From Blastopirellula marina (GTDB lineage Bacteria; Planctomycetota; Planctomycetia; Pirellulales; Thermoguttaceae): a stretch of DNA of 31,094 nucleotides. The position numbers and the translations under genes were made by a program. Positions within the stretch are counted from its first letter, which is position 1. Every line of letters starts with the position of its first letter. The notes beneath the pieces are model-generated. The model saw nothing but the letters and a program-made list of their open reading frames with translations. It ran no database searches and was not told the origin of the DNA. Location: contig DYLT01000018.1 in the NCBI GenBank assembly GCA_020721945.1, positions 1 through 31,094 on the forward strand, written 5' to 3'. Positions 16,606 to 25,148 of this stretch are shown here, piece by piece.

Positions 16606-19317
16606 ATGGAATTGGCGTTTTCTCCCCAGGGGCGGATCACGGCGCTTGGCGCGACGGATTCGGCGTCCGAGGCCTCTGGGTTGCCGCCATCGTCCGCGGC
16701 CGATCCCGGGCTCGATCGGGTGGCCAGGGCCTTCGCGGCCAGCCAGGCCGAAGGGCTTTGGGCGCTGGCCGCCGAGCGGTTCGAGGGCCCGCTGGCCCCT
16801 TCGCTCGCGTTTTGGCGCGGCTTCGCCGGCCGGTACCTGACCGAGCTGTGCCACACCCCGGAGGTCGCGGGCGTCGCGATGGGCCCAATCCCCCCGCCCG
16901 ATGCCGCCGAGCTGGCGGCCTTCGTCGTCAACGCGCCTCCCATGCAGGGCGCCGAGTACCTGGCCGAAGCACCGCTCGCCCGCCTTTGGAACGAACTCGA
17001 TCAGTGGGTGCGGCGCGAGGTCGCGGCCTGCGGCGAACTCGCCGGGTTCCTCCGGCAGCGGGCACCGCTGTGGCACCAGGTGGGCCGAGTGTGCTTCCAT
17101 CTGGCCGAAAACCGCCGCGACGAGGCCAATCCGTTCGCCTTCCTGGCGACCTACGCCGCAAGCGTCGGGGCGGGGGGGCGCATCCGCTATCAGCCCCTTC
17201 GCGGGGCCTTGCGCGAATTCGCGGGCGCCAAGAACAAGAAAGCCCTCCTGCGCCTTCTTTCGCCGATCCACGCGGCCTCCCAGAAGAGCGCCCTGGTCAA
17301 GGACCTGGTCGAATCGGGCGACATCTACCAGCCGCTGGCCTGGACGCCCCGCGAGGCGTACCGGTTCCTTCAGGAAGCCCCGCGGTTCGAAGAGTGCGGC
17401 ATCGTGGTGCGCTTGCCCGATTGGTGGAAAAAACGCCCGCGGCCTCGCATCACCGTAACCATCGGCGATCAGAAGCAATCGTCGCTGGGCGCCGAACACC
17501 TGCTCGATTTTCGCGTGCAACGGGCGCTGGGCGATCTGGAACTGACCGATGCCGAATGGCGCGAGCTGATGTCGGCGGAGGACGGACTGGTGTTGCTCCG
17601 CGGGCAGTGGGTCGAGGTCGATCGCCAGAAGCTCCAGGAGGCCCTCGACCACTGGAAGCGCATCGAGCAACAGACCCAGGACGGGGTCTCGTTCATCGAG
17701 GGCATGAGGCTGTTGGCCGGTGTTCCCGCCGATCTCGACGCCGACCCAGGGCTTGGAGAACCACGCGAATGGGCCTTCGTGCGCGCGGGTCAATGGCTCG
17801 GCGACGTGCTGGCGAAACTCCGCGATCCCACCGCGCTGGGCCAGACCAAGGCCGTGCCTGGTCCGCTAGCGACGCTGCGCCCGTATCAGCAACTCGGCGT
17901 CGATTGGCTCCGGTTCCTTGCGCGCTTGGGCCTGGGGGCGTGCCTGGCTGACGACATGGGCCTGGGCAAGACCATTCAGGTGCTCGGCTTGTTGTCGGCT
18001 CTGAAACACGAGAAGGCCGGCAAGCCCTCGCTCCTGGTGCTGCCCGCGTCGCTCCTGGCCAATTGGAAGGCCGAAATCGCCCGATTCGCTCCCGCGTTGC
18101 GCGCACGCTTCGTTCATCCTTCGGAGGATTCGGGCAACGGCTCGGCGGGAAACGGCGCCCGGCCGCGGCTTGACCAGGTCGACGTGGTGTTGACGACCTA
18201 TGGGATGCTTCTGCGTCAGGAGTGGCTTTTCGAGGTGCCGTGGCGCCTCGTCGTATTGGACGAGGCGCAGGCCATCAAGAACCCGACGGCCCGCCAGACC
18301 AAGGCCGCCAAGCGGCTCCAGGCCGATGCGCGGATTGCCCTGACCGGCACGCCGGTCGAGAACCGCCTGGGCGACCTCTGGTCGCTGTTCGATTTCCTCA
18401 ACCCGGGGCTCTTGGGCAGCCAAACGAAGTTCAAGGAGTTCGTCAAACGCCTGGGCAGCCGGGAAGAGAACCGCTATGGCCCGCTGCGGAACCTGGTCAA
18501 GCCGTACATCCTGCGCCGTCTGAAGACCGATCGCCGCGTGATCGACGACCTTCCCGACAAGACCGAGGTCCGCGCCTGGTGCAGCCTCAGTAAGCGCCAA
18601 GCCGCGCTCTATGCGAAACTGGTCGAGGAACTCTCGGACGCGCTACGAGGCACCGAGGGGATGAAGCGCCGCGGGCTGGTGTTGGCCTACCTGATGCGGC
18701 TGAAGCAACTGTGCAACCACCCGAGCCAGTTGGTGGGCGACGGACGCTTCGCGCCCGACGAAAGCGGCAAATTCGCCCGGCTGGCCGAGATTTGCGACGA
18801 GATCGCCTCGCGCCAGGAAAAGGCCCTGGTCTTTACTCAATTCCGCGAGATGACCGAGCCCTTGGCCGGTTTTCTGGCGGCGATCTTCGGCCGCCCCGGA
18901 TTGGTCCTCCACGGCAGCACCGCTGTGGGGCGCCGCAAGGCCCTGGTCGATGCGTTCCAGCGCGACGACGGGCCGCCGTTCTTCGTCCTGTCGCTGAAGG
19001 CCGGAGGCACGGGCCTGAACCTCACGGCCGCGTCGCACGTGATCCACTTCGACCGCTGGTGGAACCCCGCCGTCGAAAACCAGGCCACCGACCGCGCGTT
19101 CCGCATCGGCCAGCGGCGGAACGTCCTGGTCCACAAGTTCGTGTGCCGGGGCACAGTCGAGGAACGAATCGACGCGATGATCGAAGAGAAGACCCAACTG
19201 GCATCTGAGATTCTCGAAGGAGGCGCGGAGAAGATGCTCACGGAAATGACCGACGCGGAGCTGATCCGCTTCGTGTCGCTCGACGTGGCGGCCGCCGCGT
19301 TGGAAGACGCCGGCTAA
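16606..19317 (+). CDS. SNF2/SWI2-family DEAD-like helicase with long N-terminal SNF2-associated region
   Basis: Helicase motifs LRPYQQLGVDWL (Q/I), LADDMGLGKTIQ (Walker A), VVLDEAQAIKN (DEAQ box), LTGTPVENRLGDLWSLFDFL, HELICc block FVLSLKAGGTGLNLTAASHVIHFDRWWNPAVENQATDRAFRIGQ. ATG 16606 preceded by GGAAGGCGG. An alternative ATG lies at 16558. Confidence 0.8.
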   Translation: MELAFSPQGRITALGATDSASEASGLPPSSAADPGLDRVARAFAASQAEGLWALAAERFEGPLAPSLAFWRGFAGRYLTELCHTPEVAGVAMGPIPPPDAAELAAFVVNAPPMQGAEYLAEAPLARLWNELDQWVRREVAACGELAGFLRQRAPLWHQVGRVCFHLAENRRDEANPFAFLATYAASVGAGGRIRYQPLRGALREFAGAKNKKALLRLLSPIHAASQKSALVKDLVESGDIYQPLAWTPREAYRFLQEAPRFEECGIVVRLPDWWKKRPRPRITVTIGDQKQSSLGAEHLLDFRVQRALGDLELTDAEWRELMSAEDGLVLLRGQWVEVDRQKLQEALDHWKRIEQQTQDGVSFIEGMRLLAGVPADLDADPGLGEPREWAFVRAGQWLGDVLAKLRDPTALGQTKAVPGPLATLRPYQQLGVDWLRFLARLGLGACLADDMGLGKTIQVLGLLSALKHEKAGKPSLLVLPASLLANWKAEIARFAPALRARFVHPSEDSGNGSAGNGARPRLDQVDVVLTTYGMLLRQEWLFEVPWRLVVLDEAQAIKNPTARQTKAAKRLQADARIALTGTPVENRLGDLWSLFDFLNPGLLGSQTKFKEFVKRLGSREENRYGPLRNLVKPYILRRLKTDRRVIDDLPDKTEVRAWCSLSKRQAALYAKLVEELSDALRGTEGMKRRGLVLAYLMRLKQLCNHPSQLVGDGRFAPDESGKFARLAEICDEIASRQEKALVFTQFREMTEPLAGFLAAIFGRPGLVLHGSTAVGRRKALVDAFQRDDGPPFFVLSLKAGGTGLNLTAASHVIHFDRWWNPAVENQATDRAFRIGQRRNVLVHKFVCRGTVEERIDAMIEEKTQLASEILEGGAEKMLTEMTDAELIRFVSLDVAAAALEDAG

Positions 19318-19354
19318 ATGGAGTTCGATTGCTGTTCCCAGGTGGAGCGTTCTC

Positions 19355-20209
19355 ATGGCATGGTACTACGAATGGAGACCCTATGTTCCTGTCGCGCAGC
19401 GCCGCCGACAGGCGAGACAGAAGATGGAGGCGCTCCGCAAGAAGGGCGTCGACGTGCAGCCGGTGGAGGTCGAGGGGCGCAAGATCGCCGCAACCTTCTG
19501 GGGCGCGGCCTGGTGCGAGCACCTCGAAGCCTTCAGCGACTTCGCGAACCGCCTGCCCCGCGGCCGCACCTACGTGCGCAACGGCTCGGTTTGCCACCTG
19601 GCCGTCTCTCGGGGTCGAATCGAGGCCTACGTCTCGGGTTCGGAACTCTACAAGGTCGAAGTGACCATCAAGACCCTGCCCACCCGAAAGTGGAAGGCCA
19701 TCCAACAGCGGTGCGCGGGCCAGATTGGCTCGCTTTTGGACCTCCTGGCGGGCCGGCTCTCGGGGGGCGTGATGGAGGTCGTCACTGACCCGCAGAACGG
19801 GTTGTTTCCGCTGCCGGGCGAGATGTCGTTCCGGTGCAGTTGCCCCGACTGGGCCCGCATGTGCAAACACGTCGCGGCCGTCTTGTACGGCGTGGGCTCG
19901 CGTCTGGACACAAAGCCGGAACTCCTGTTCGCGCTCCGGGGCGTCAACCACGAGGAGCTGATCGCCGCCGACGCGGAAGACGCTCTCGCGGCGGCCACGA
20001 CCCGCGGAAAATCGCGACGCCTGGCCAAGGCCGACCTCGGCGAAGTGTTCGGCATCGACCTGGATGTCGGCGACGAATCGTCGGGCAACGGCGCTGCCAC
20101 GGTCCCGACGCCTCGGCCCCGCCGGGGCACCAAGCCGGTCGCCAAGCCGGTCGCCAAGAAGACCGAGAAAAAGCCAGCCCGCCGAACCCATGCGCGCCGC
20201 TCGAAGTGA
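19355..20209 (+). CDS. SWIM zinc-finger protein (SNF2 partner) with C-terminal AKP/KK-rich basic tail
   Basis: CxCxnCxH SWIM signature FRCSCPDWARMCKHVAAVLYG. ATG 19355 preceded by GGTGGAG, 37 nt after the SNF2 stop. Tail ...RRGTKPVAKPVAKKTEKKPARRTHARRSK. Confidence 0.75.
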   Translation: MAWYYEWRPYVPVAQRRRQARQKMEALRKKGVDVQPVEVEGRKIAATFWGAAWCEHLEAFSDFANRLPRGRTYVRNGSVCHLAVSRGRIEAYVSGSELYKVEVTIKTLPTRKWKAIQQRCAGQIGSLLDLLAGRLSGGVMEVVTDPQNGLFPLPGEMSFRCSCPDWARMCKHVAAVLYGVGSRLDTKPELLFALRGVNHEELIAADAEDALAAATTRGKSRRLAKADLGEVFGIDLDVGDESSGNGAATVPTPRPRRGTKPVAKPVAKKTEKKPARRTHARRSK

Positions 20210-20400
20210 TCGCCAGGTCCCACGGGGACGCCATCGCCGGGTTCCTCCTGGCAAGGCGACGCCTGGCGGCGACAAGACGCCCATGGATCGGCCTTTTCCG
20301 CCCTCAGGACGGAGCCGGCGTAGGGGGGCCGCTTGCGTCGGTCGTTGCCTGGCGAGTAGATTACGGCTTTGGTTTCCTGCCCGTCTTGCGGAGAACCGTT

Positions 20401-21375
20401 ATGAGAAGCGTCGCCCCGACGACGTTGGTCGTCCTGGTCGCCCTGCCCCTGCTGGCACTAGCCGCTATGCCATCGGAGGGGACGTGCGCAACGCCCGTGA
20501 TCCTCGATACCGACATCGGCGACGACATCGACGATACCTGGGCCCTCACCTTGTTGCTCAAATCGCCGGAACTCGACCTTAAGCTGGTGGTTGCGGATTA
20601 CGGCGACACGGAGTACCGGGCGAAGATCATTGCCAAATTGCTCGAAGTGGCCAAACGCACCGACGTTGCCGTGGGCGTTGGGGTCCGCCAAGACAGCCAC
20701 GGCGGCCGGCAGGCCCCTTGGGTGAAGGACTACGATCTTTCGCGCTACCCGGGCAAGGTGCACCGGGACGGCGTGGGGGCCCTGGTTCGCACGATCATGG
20801 AATCGGCCGAACCCATCACCTTGATCTGCATTGGCCCAATGCCCAATATCAAGGCGGCGTTGGAACGCGAGCCCCGCATTGCCGAGAAGGCGCGTTTCAT
20901 CGGCATGCACGGCAGCGTGCGCAAGGGCTACCGCGGCAAGGCAACGCCCGATCCCGAGTGGAACGTACGCGCCGATCCCGTGGCCTGCCGCAAGGCCTTT
21001 ACCGCCTCCTGGCCCATGACCATCACGCCCTTGGATACTTGCGGTTTGGTCCGGCTGACGGGTGCGAAATATGCCAAGGTGGCGCGTTGCGACGACCCAC
21101 GCGTGCGCGCGCTGATGGAGAACTACCGGTACTGGCGCAAGGCCCAAGACAAGAACGCCCCGGACCAAGCCGACGCCAGTTCGATCCTGTTCGACACCGT
21201 GGCCGTGTATCTGGCCATGTCGCACGATCTGGTGAACATCGAACGCATCCCCCTGGTGGTGACCGACAAGGGATTTACGGCCATCGATCCCAAGGGAAAG
21301 GCCATCGACTGCGCGATTTCGTGGAAGGACCTCCCGGCCTATGAAGACTGGCTGGTCGAACGCTTGACCCGTTGA
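20401..21375 (+). CDS. Secreted inosine-uridine-preferring nucleoside hydrolase family protein
   Basis: Signal peptide MRSVAPTTLVVLVALPLLALAAMP. Canonical IU-NH aspartate cluster VILDTDIGDDIDDTWAL. ATG 20401 (M190 of the track ORF) preceded by GGAGA. Confidence 0.8.
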   Translation: MRSVAPTTLVVLVALPLLALAAMPSEGTCATPVILDTDIGDDIDDTWALTLLLKSPELDLKLVVADYGDTEYRAKIIAKLLEVAKRTDVAVGVGVRQDSHGGRQAPWVKDYDLSRYPGKVHRDGVGALVRTIMESAEPITLICIGPMPNIKAALEREPRIAEKARFIGMHGSVRKGYRGKATPDPEWNVRADPVACRKAFTASWPMTITPLDTCGLVRLTGAKYAKVARCDDPRVRALMENYRYWRKAQDKNAPDQADASSILFDTVAVYLAMSHDLVNIERIPLVVTDKGFTAIDPKGKAIDCAISWKDLPAYEDWLVERLTR

Positions 21376-21582
21376 GCGATCGCCACGCGCAGGGCAGTTC
21401 GACTGGTGTTCGCCCAACACGTTTCACTAGAAATGGTTAAGGCCAAGAGCCTATCGCCCGTGGATTGGCCGAGGAGGCCGCGCGGGTCGCCGACACTGCC
21501 CACGAAGCAGGGGGGGGGTGCTTTGTCGAATTGGAGGATTCTTCGCCCCAATCGCCGTGTTCTGTGTCTTGCTGGATGGGCC

Positions 21583-21610
21583 TTGTCAGCCAGCCCGTAT
21601 CTGCTATGTT
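21583..21610 (+). promoter_or_regulatory. Candidate promoter TTGTCA-N16-TATGTT upstream of tRNA-Asp
   Basis: TTGTCA at 21583-21588 and TATGTT at 21605-21610, within a locally lower-G+C 300-bp spacer, about 68 nt before the tRNA 5' end. Confidence 0.25.
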
Positions 21611-21678
21611 TTAGTCGTGCTGCCACTGCGTGGGCTGGACCTCGGTCGGCCTGGTGATGTGGTGGCTCCCCAAAATCG

Positions 21679-21752
21679 GGGGCGTAGCTCAATTGGTTAG
21701 AGTACTGGACTGTCGATCCAGTGGTTGCGGGTTCGAGTCCCGTCGCCCTCGC
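21679..21752 (+). tRNA. tRNA-Asp (anticodon GTC)
   Basis: Manual cloverleaf fold. Acceptor GGGGGCG / CGCCCTC (one G-U pair). D-arm GCTC-AATTGGTTA-GAGT. Anticodon arm CTGGA-CTGTCGA-TCCAG with GTC at positions 34-36. T-arm GCGGG-TTCGAGT-CCCGT. Discriminator G. 74 nt with no encoded CCA. The minus-strand ORF 21339..21797 is its antisense artefact (…GLEPATTGSTVQYSNQLSYAP…). Confidence 0.85.
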
Positions 21753-21761
21753 TAGCCGGGA

Positions 21762-21796
21762 CCCCTTGATGGGGTTTCTGAAGGCTTTCTTTCCCA
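21762..21796 (+). terminator. Short GC hairpin (ACCCC-TTGA-GGGGT) followed by T-rich tract after tRNA-Asp; possible intrinsic terminator
   Basis: 5-bp stem and 4-nt loop at 21762-21776, then TTTCTGAAGGCTTTCTTTCCC. Rare T-richness for this genome. Confidence 0.3.
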
Positions 21797-21922
21797 TTCA
21801 CGGCGTGCGCGCGACTTCGCCGGGTGAGGCACCAGTCTTTTTCTCTTTTTCCGGCGGCGCGGCCGGTTTCAAGAGCCGGGGTCGGTGTGGGGGGCTTGCC
21901 TCGCGACCGCATGCTGGTTGCC

Positions 21923-21936
21923 GGTGGCTTGCCACC
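21923..21936. promoter_or_regulatory. Perfect 14-bp palindrome GGTGGCTTGCCACC about 200 bp upstream of the cupin gene; candidate operator
   Basis: Read directly. The half-sites GGTGGC and GCCACC are exact reverse complements around a central TT. Confidence 0.25.
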
Positions 21937-22134
21937 GCCGGTGCGCTCGAATACAACAGGGGTTCTTCGCACGTCACGATGCCTAGGGTTTCCGTGCGCT
22001 TGCGGCTTCGGCCGCGGCGGGCGGCTTGCGACTGCATTTCCACCGATGGGCGTTGGCGGCCCACGCGCCGGCTCGACCTGGCCGACGCCGATGGTTGCCC
22101 CCGCGCCCCCAGAACTCCAGGAGTTAGGTTCACT

Positions 22135-23391
22135 ATGCCACAGACCCAATCGAGAGTCATCGCCAAGGACAATGTGGGCAAGATCCTCGACCTTGCCATG
22201 GAGCGCGGCAAAGGCATCTTGCGCCTCACGCCGACCTGGGTGCCGCGCAGCTTCCTCCACCCCGGCAAGCGGATCAAGCTGGCGCCGACCGACTGGTACG
22301 CCCTGGGCACGCACCGGGGCGGCATCGACGAACGGTGGTTCGCCAGCACGACCGAGGCAGCCAACGAGAATCGCGCCCCCGACGAGGGGCTCAGCTACGT
22401 GGTCTTCGAGGGCCAGCGGTTTCTCTTGAGGGATGCCGTGGCCGAGGGCAAGGGCAAGATCATCGGCGAGGCGATCTGGAACCAGTACCATCGCTGGCCC
22501 GTGTATTCGAAGTTCTTCGACAACATGGGGCCCATTCCGCACCACATGCACCAGCAGTTCCATCACGCCAAGCTGACCGGCCAGGAGGGCAAACCCGAGT
22601 GCTACTACTTCCCGCCCCAACTCAACGCTGCCGAGAACCACTTCGACTACACGTTCATGGGTCTGGAGCCGGGCACCACGAAGCAAGACGTGATCCGCTG
22701 CCTGGAGAACTGGAACCGCGGCGACAACGGCATCCTCGATCTGTCGAAGGCCTACCGGTTGAAGCCGGGTACGGGCTGGATGATCCCCGCCGGGGTACTC
22801 CACGCGCCGGGCTCGATGTGTACCTATGAGCCCCAATGGGGCAGCGACGTGTTCGGCATGTTCCAGTCGCTGGTCGAGGGCCGCCGCGTGCCGTGGGACC
22901 TCTGCGTCAAGGACGTGCCCAAGGACAAACACCAGGACCTGGCGTTCATTGTCGATCAGCTCGACTGGGAAAAGAACGTCGATCCCTACTTCGGCCTGCA
23001 CAACTATGTCGAGCCGATCGTCGATCCCGAGTTCTCCGGCCCGGGCTACACCGACCGCTGGATCGACTACGGGGGGTTCGACGGCCAGCAGCTCGTCTCG
23101 GCCAAGGAGCTGACCGTCGAGCCGGGGGCCAAGTGCGTGCTCCGCGACCCCGGGGCCAGCGGGTGGATCACGGTGCAGGGTTCTGGCAAGATCAACGGCA
23201 TGCCGCTTCAGACGCCGGCGATGATCCGCTTCGGCGCCGACACGTGGGACGAGGTGTTCATCACCGCCGAGTCCGCCAAGGCCGGCGTCGAAATCGAAAA
23301 CACCGGCGGCGAGCCCTTGGTCGGGCTGCGGTACTTCGGGCCCAACGTCCACAAGAGCACGCCGAAGATCGGCGACCACCGCCAGAAGTGA
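22135..23391 (+). CDS. Cupin-fold sugar isomerase-like protein, distantly resembling class I mannose-6-phosphate isomerase
   Basis: ATG 22135 preceded by CCAGGAG. His-rich metal-site-like segment PIPHHMHQQFHHAKL...KPECYYFP. Cupin motif GWMIPAGVLHAPGS (cf. PMI FLPAGTPHAY). N-terminal DWYALGTHRGG (cf. PMI ELWMGAHP). The antisense 632-aa ORF 21697..23595 is Arg/Leu/Gly/Ala-rich with no aromatic balance and is rejected. Confidence 0.5.
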   Translation: MPQTQSRVIAKDNVGKILDLAMERGKGILRLTPTWVPRSFLHPGKRIKLAPTDWYALGTHRGGIDERWFASTTEAANENRAPDEGLSYVVFEGQRFLLRDAVAEGKGKIIGEAIWNQYHRWPVYSKFFDNMGPIPHHMHQQFHHAKLTGQEGKPECYYFPPQLNAAENHFDYTFMGLEPGTTKQDVIRCLENWNRGDNGILDLSKAYRLKPGTGWMIPAGVLHAPGSMCTYEPQWGSDVFGMFQSLVEGRRVPWDLCVKDVPKDKHQDLAFIVDQLDWEKNVDPYFGLHNYVEPIVDPEFSGPGYTDRWIDYGGFDGQQLVSAKELTVEPGAKCVLRDPGASGWITVQGSGKINGMPLQTPAMIRFGADTWDEVFITAESAKAGVEIENTGGEPLVGLRYFGPNVHKSTPKIGDHRQK

Positions 23392-23410
23392 GACGGCCCA
23401 CGGTCCTGGC

Positions 23411-23440
23411 CTTCCCTCTCCCGCTCGCGGGAGAGGGAAG
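23411..23440 (+). terminator. Perfect 13-bp GC-rich stem-loop (CTTCCCTCTCCCG-CTCG-CGGGAGAGGGAAG) 20 nt after the cupin gene stop; terminator or RNA-stabilising hairpin without a U-tract
   Basis: Exact inverted repeat read from the sequence. A TATAAT hexamer lies at 23478-23483 downstream of it. Confidence 0.35.
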
Positions 23441-23572
23441 CTTGCCGGTGCCGTCGCGGACCGCGCGGTGCGGACGTTATAATGCCGGCCCTGGCTTCGC
23501 CACAAGCCGTTCGATCGCGACCGTCCATGAACCCGGAAGACAGAACCCCTTGACACCTTCAGGGACTCTTGT

Positions 23573-24646
23573 ATGAGCGACAAGCACCCCAACAACTACC
23601 CCAAGCTCCACAACGCCGCCTGGCCTGGCGTGGTTGGCAAGGGAGGGCCGGGCGCCGAACCGCCCATCGACCTCGACACGATGCTCGACCTTACCGCCGC
23701 GGCCGAGGTCGATGGCGTGAAGTTCGACGGCTTCGATCTGTTTCTTTATTTGCCGCACATCGACATCGACGCGGCGGTCCAAAGCGACGACGCGATCAAG
23801 GAGCTGGCCGACAAGGCCGCGAGCCGTAATCTCCAGATCGGCACGGTGGTAGCCCCAATCTGGGGCGGCACGGGCGGGGGCGCGGCCATGGGCGACGCGG
23901 CCGAACGCGCCAAGTTCCTCGCCCAGGTGCGCAAGGGGTGCCGCGTGGCCAAGGTCCTCCGCGAACTGGGCGTGCGCCCCCACGGGGCGGTGCGGATCGA
24001 TTCGGCCTCGAGCGTCGACGCCTGGTGCCAGGATCCCGAGGGGAACCAGAAGCGCATTATCGAGACCTTCCGCGAGGCCTGCACCATCGCCGAGGACCAC
24101 GGCGAACGCCTGGCCGCCGAAGGCGAGATCTGCTGGGGCGGCATGCACAGTTGGAAACGCATGCTCCAGATCCTCGAAGGCGTGGGCTGGCCGCAGACCC
24201 TGGGTTTCCAATCCGACATGGCCCACACGCTCTTGTACCTGTTGGGCTACAACGCTCCGGAAGACGCCATTTTGCCGCCCGACTTCGACTGGAGCGATCG
24301 GAGCCGGTTCGACGCGGCCTACCAGACGCTGACCGACGCCCTGCGCCCCTGGACGATCGACCTGCACATCGCCCAGAACGACGCCACGGTCCACGGCTCG
24401 GGCTCGCACGACAAGACCGGCCGCCACTGCCAGGCGACCGATCCCAACGGCAAACTCGACATCGTCCGGCACGCCGGGTACTGGATGCGCGACGGCGCCG
24501 GCCGTCCGACCAAGGCCTTCCGCCATATCTGCTGGGATGGCTGCATGTTCCCCAACGCGGTGATGATGAACCCCAAGACCTGGAACGATATCCTCGCCGC
24601 GATGGTGGCCGTGCGCGACGCCCATGGGTGGCGAGAGCCGGAATGA
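23573..24646 (+). CDS. Sugar phosphate isomerase/epimerase, xylose-isomerase-like TIM-barrel family
   Basis: 357 aa. Composition typical of the AP-endonuclease-2/xylose-isomerase-like TIM-barrel family abundant in Planctomycetes (…[11 protein letters not shown]…[14 protein letters not shown]…ICWGGMHSW…DLHIAQND…). ATG 23573. Confidence 0.7.
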   Translation: MSDKHPNNYPKLHNAAWPGVVGKGGPGAEPPIDLDTMLDLTAAAEVDGVKFDGFDLFLYLPHIDIDAAVQSDDAIKELADKAASRNLQIGTVVAPIWGGTGGGAAMGDAAERAKFLAQVRKGCRVAKVLRELGVRPHGAVRIDSASSVDAWCQDPEGNQKRIIETFREACTIAEDHGERLAAEGEICWGGMHSWKRMLQILEGVGWPQTLGFQSDMAHTLLYLLGYNAPEDAILPPDFDWSDRSRFDAAYQTLTDALRPWTIDLHIAQNDATVHGSGSHDKTGRHCQATDPNGKLDIVRHAGYWMRDGAGRPTKAFRHICWDGCMFPNAVMMNPKTWNDILAAMVAVRDAHGWREPE

Positions 24647-24676
24647 CGCACTTCAAATGACCAAGGGAATGCCCGA

Positions 24677-25117
24677 TTGTCAAATGACGCATGTCACAAC
24701 GAGGACGCAGGCGAGCCGAAGCGGCGATACGACCGTAAAGAGCGCACCGCACGGTTTGGCGAGGCCATGATCGTGTTCGCGAAGCGAATGCCGGTCAACC
24801 TTGGGATCGAGCCGCTGATCGCTCAATTCGTCCACTCAGGCACGCGCGCCGGGGCGAACGATGGTGAAGCGAATGATCCGGGATCCACGAGGGAATTCCC
24901 CCGCCGCATCCGCCTCGGCAAGCGGGAGGTCCACCAATCGAAGCACCGGTTGCGGAAGATCGCCGCGGCGGCCCCCGAGCCGACACCGGATACCCGGGTG
25001 CTCGGGCAGGAGGCAAGGGATCTCCACTTGATCGTCTCCGCCATCGACCGCGGCAAGAAGGGCGAAGGACTGCTTGTCCACGGCTCTTCAGACTTCGTTT
25101 GGCATTCGACCATTTGA
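24677..25117 (+). CDS. Four-helix-bundle protein (23S rRNA intervening-sequence protein family, TIGR02436-like)
   Basis: ERTARFGEAMIVFAKRMP...IAQFVHSGTRAGANDGEA...EFPRRIRLGKREVHQSKHRL parallels the family pattern (…WQKAHELVLEIYKLTKKFP…QLLRSATSIGANIAEG…EFIQFLHIARGSLAEL…). The only in-frame start upstream of helix 1 is TTG 24677. Upstream in-frame stop at 24644-24646. Confidence 0.45.
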   Translation: MSNDACHNEDAGEPKRRYDRKERTARFGEAMIVFAKRMPVNLGIEPLIAQFVHSGTRAGANDGEANDPGSTREFPRRIRLGKREVHQSKHRLRKIAAAAPEPTPDTRVLGQEARDLHLIVSAIDRGKKGEGLLVHGSSDFVWHSTI

Positions 25118-25148
25118 CATTTCACCATTTCACACGAGGAGACTTCGA

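Noticed and set aside
21339-21797. 152-aa minus-strand ORF across tRNA-Asp
   Set aside because: It contains the classic antisense-tRNA translation (…GLEPATTGSTVQYSNQLSYAP…). The locus folds as a canonical tRNA.
21697-23595. 632-aa minus-strand ORF overlapping the cupin gene and running into the tRNA region
   Set aside because: Composition is junk-like. The + strand frame has a Shine-Dalgarno (CCAGGAG), a cupin motif and a balanced amino-acid profile.
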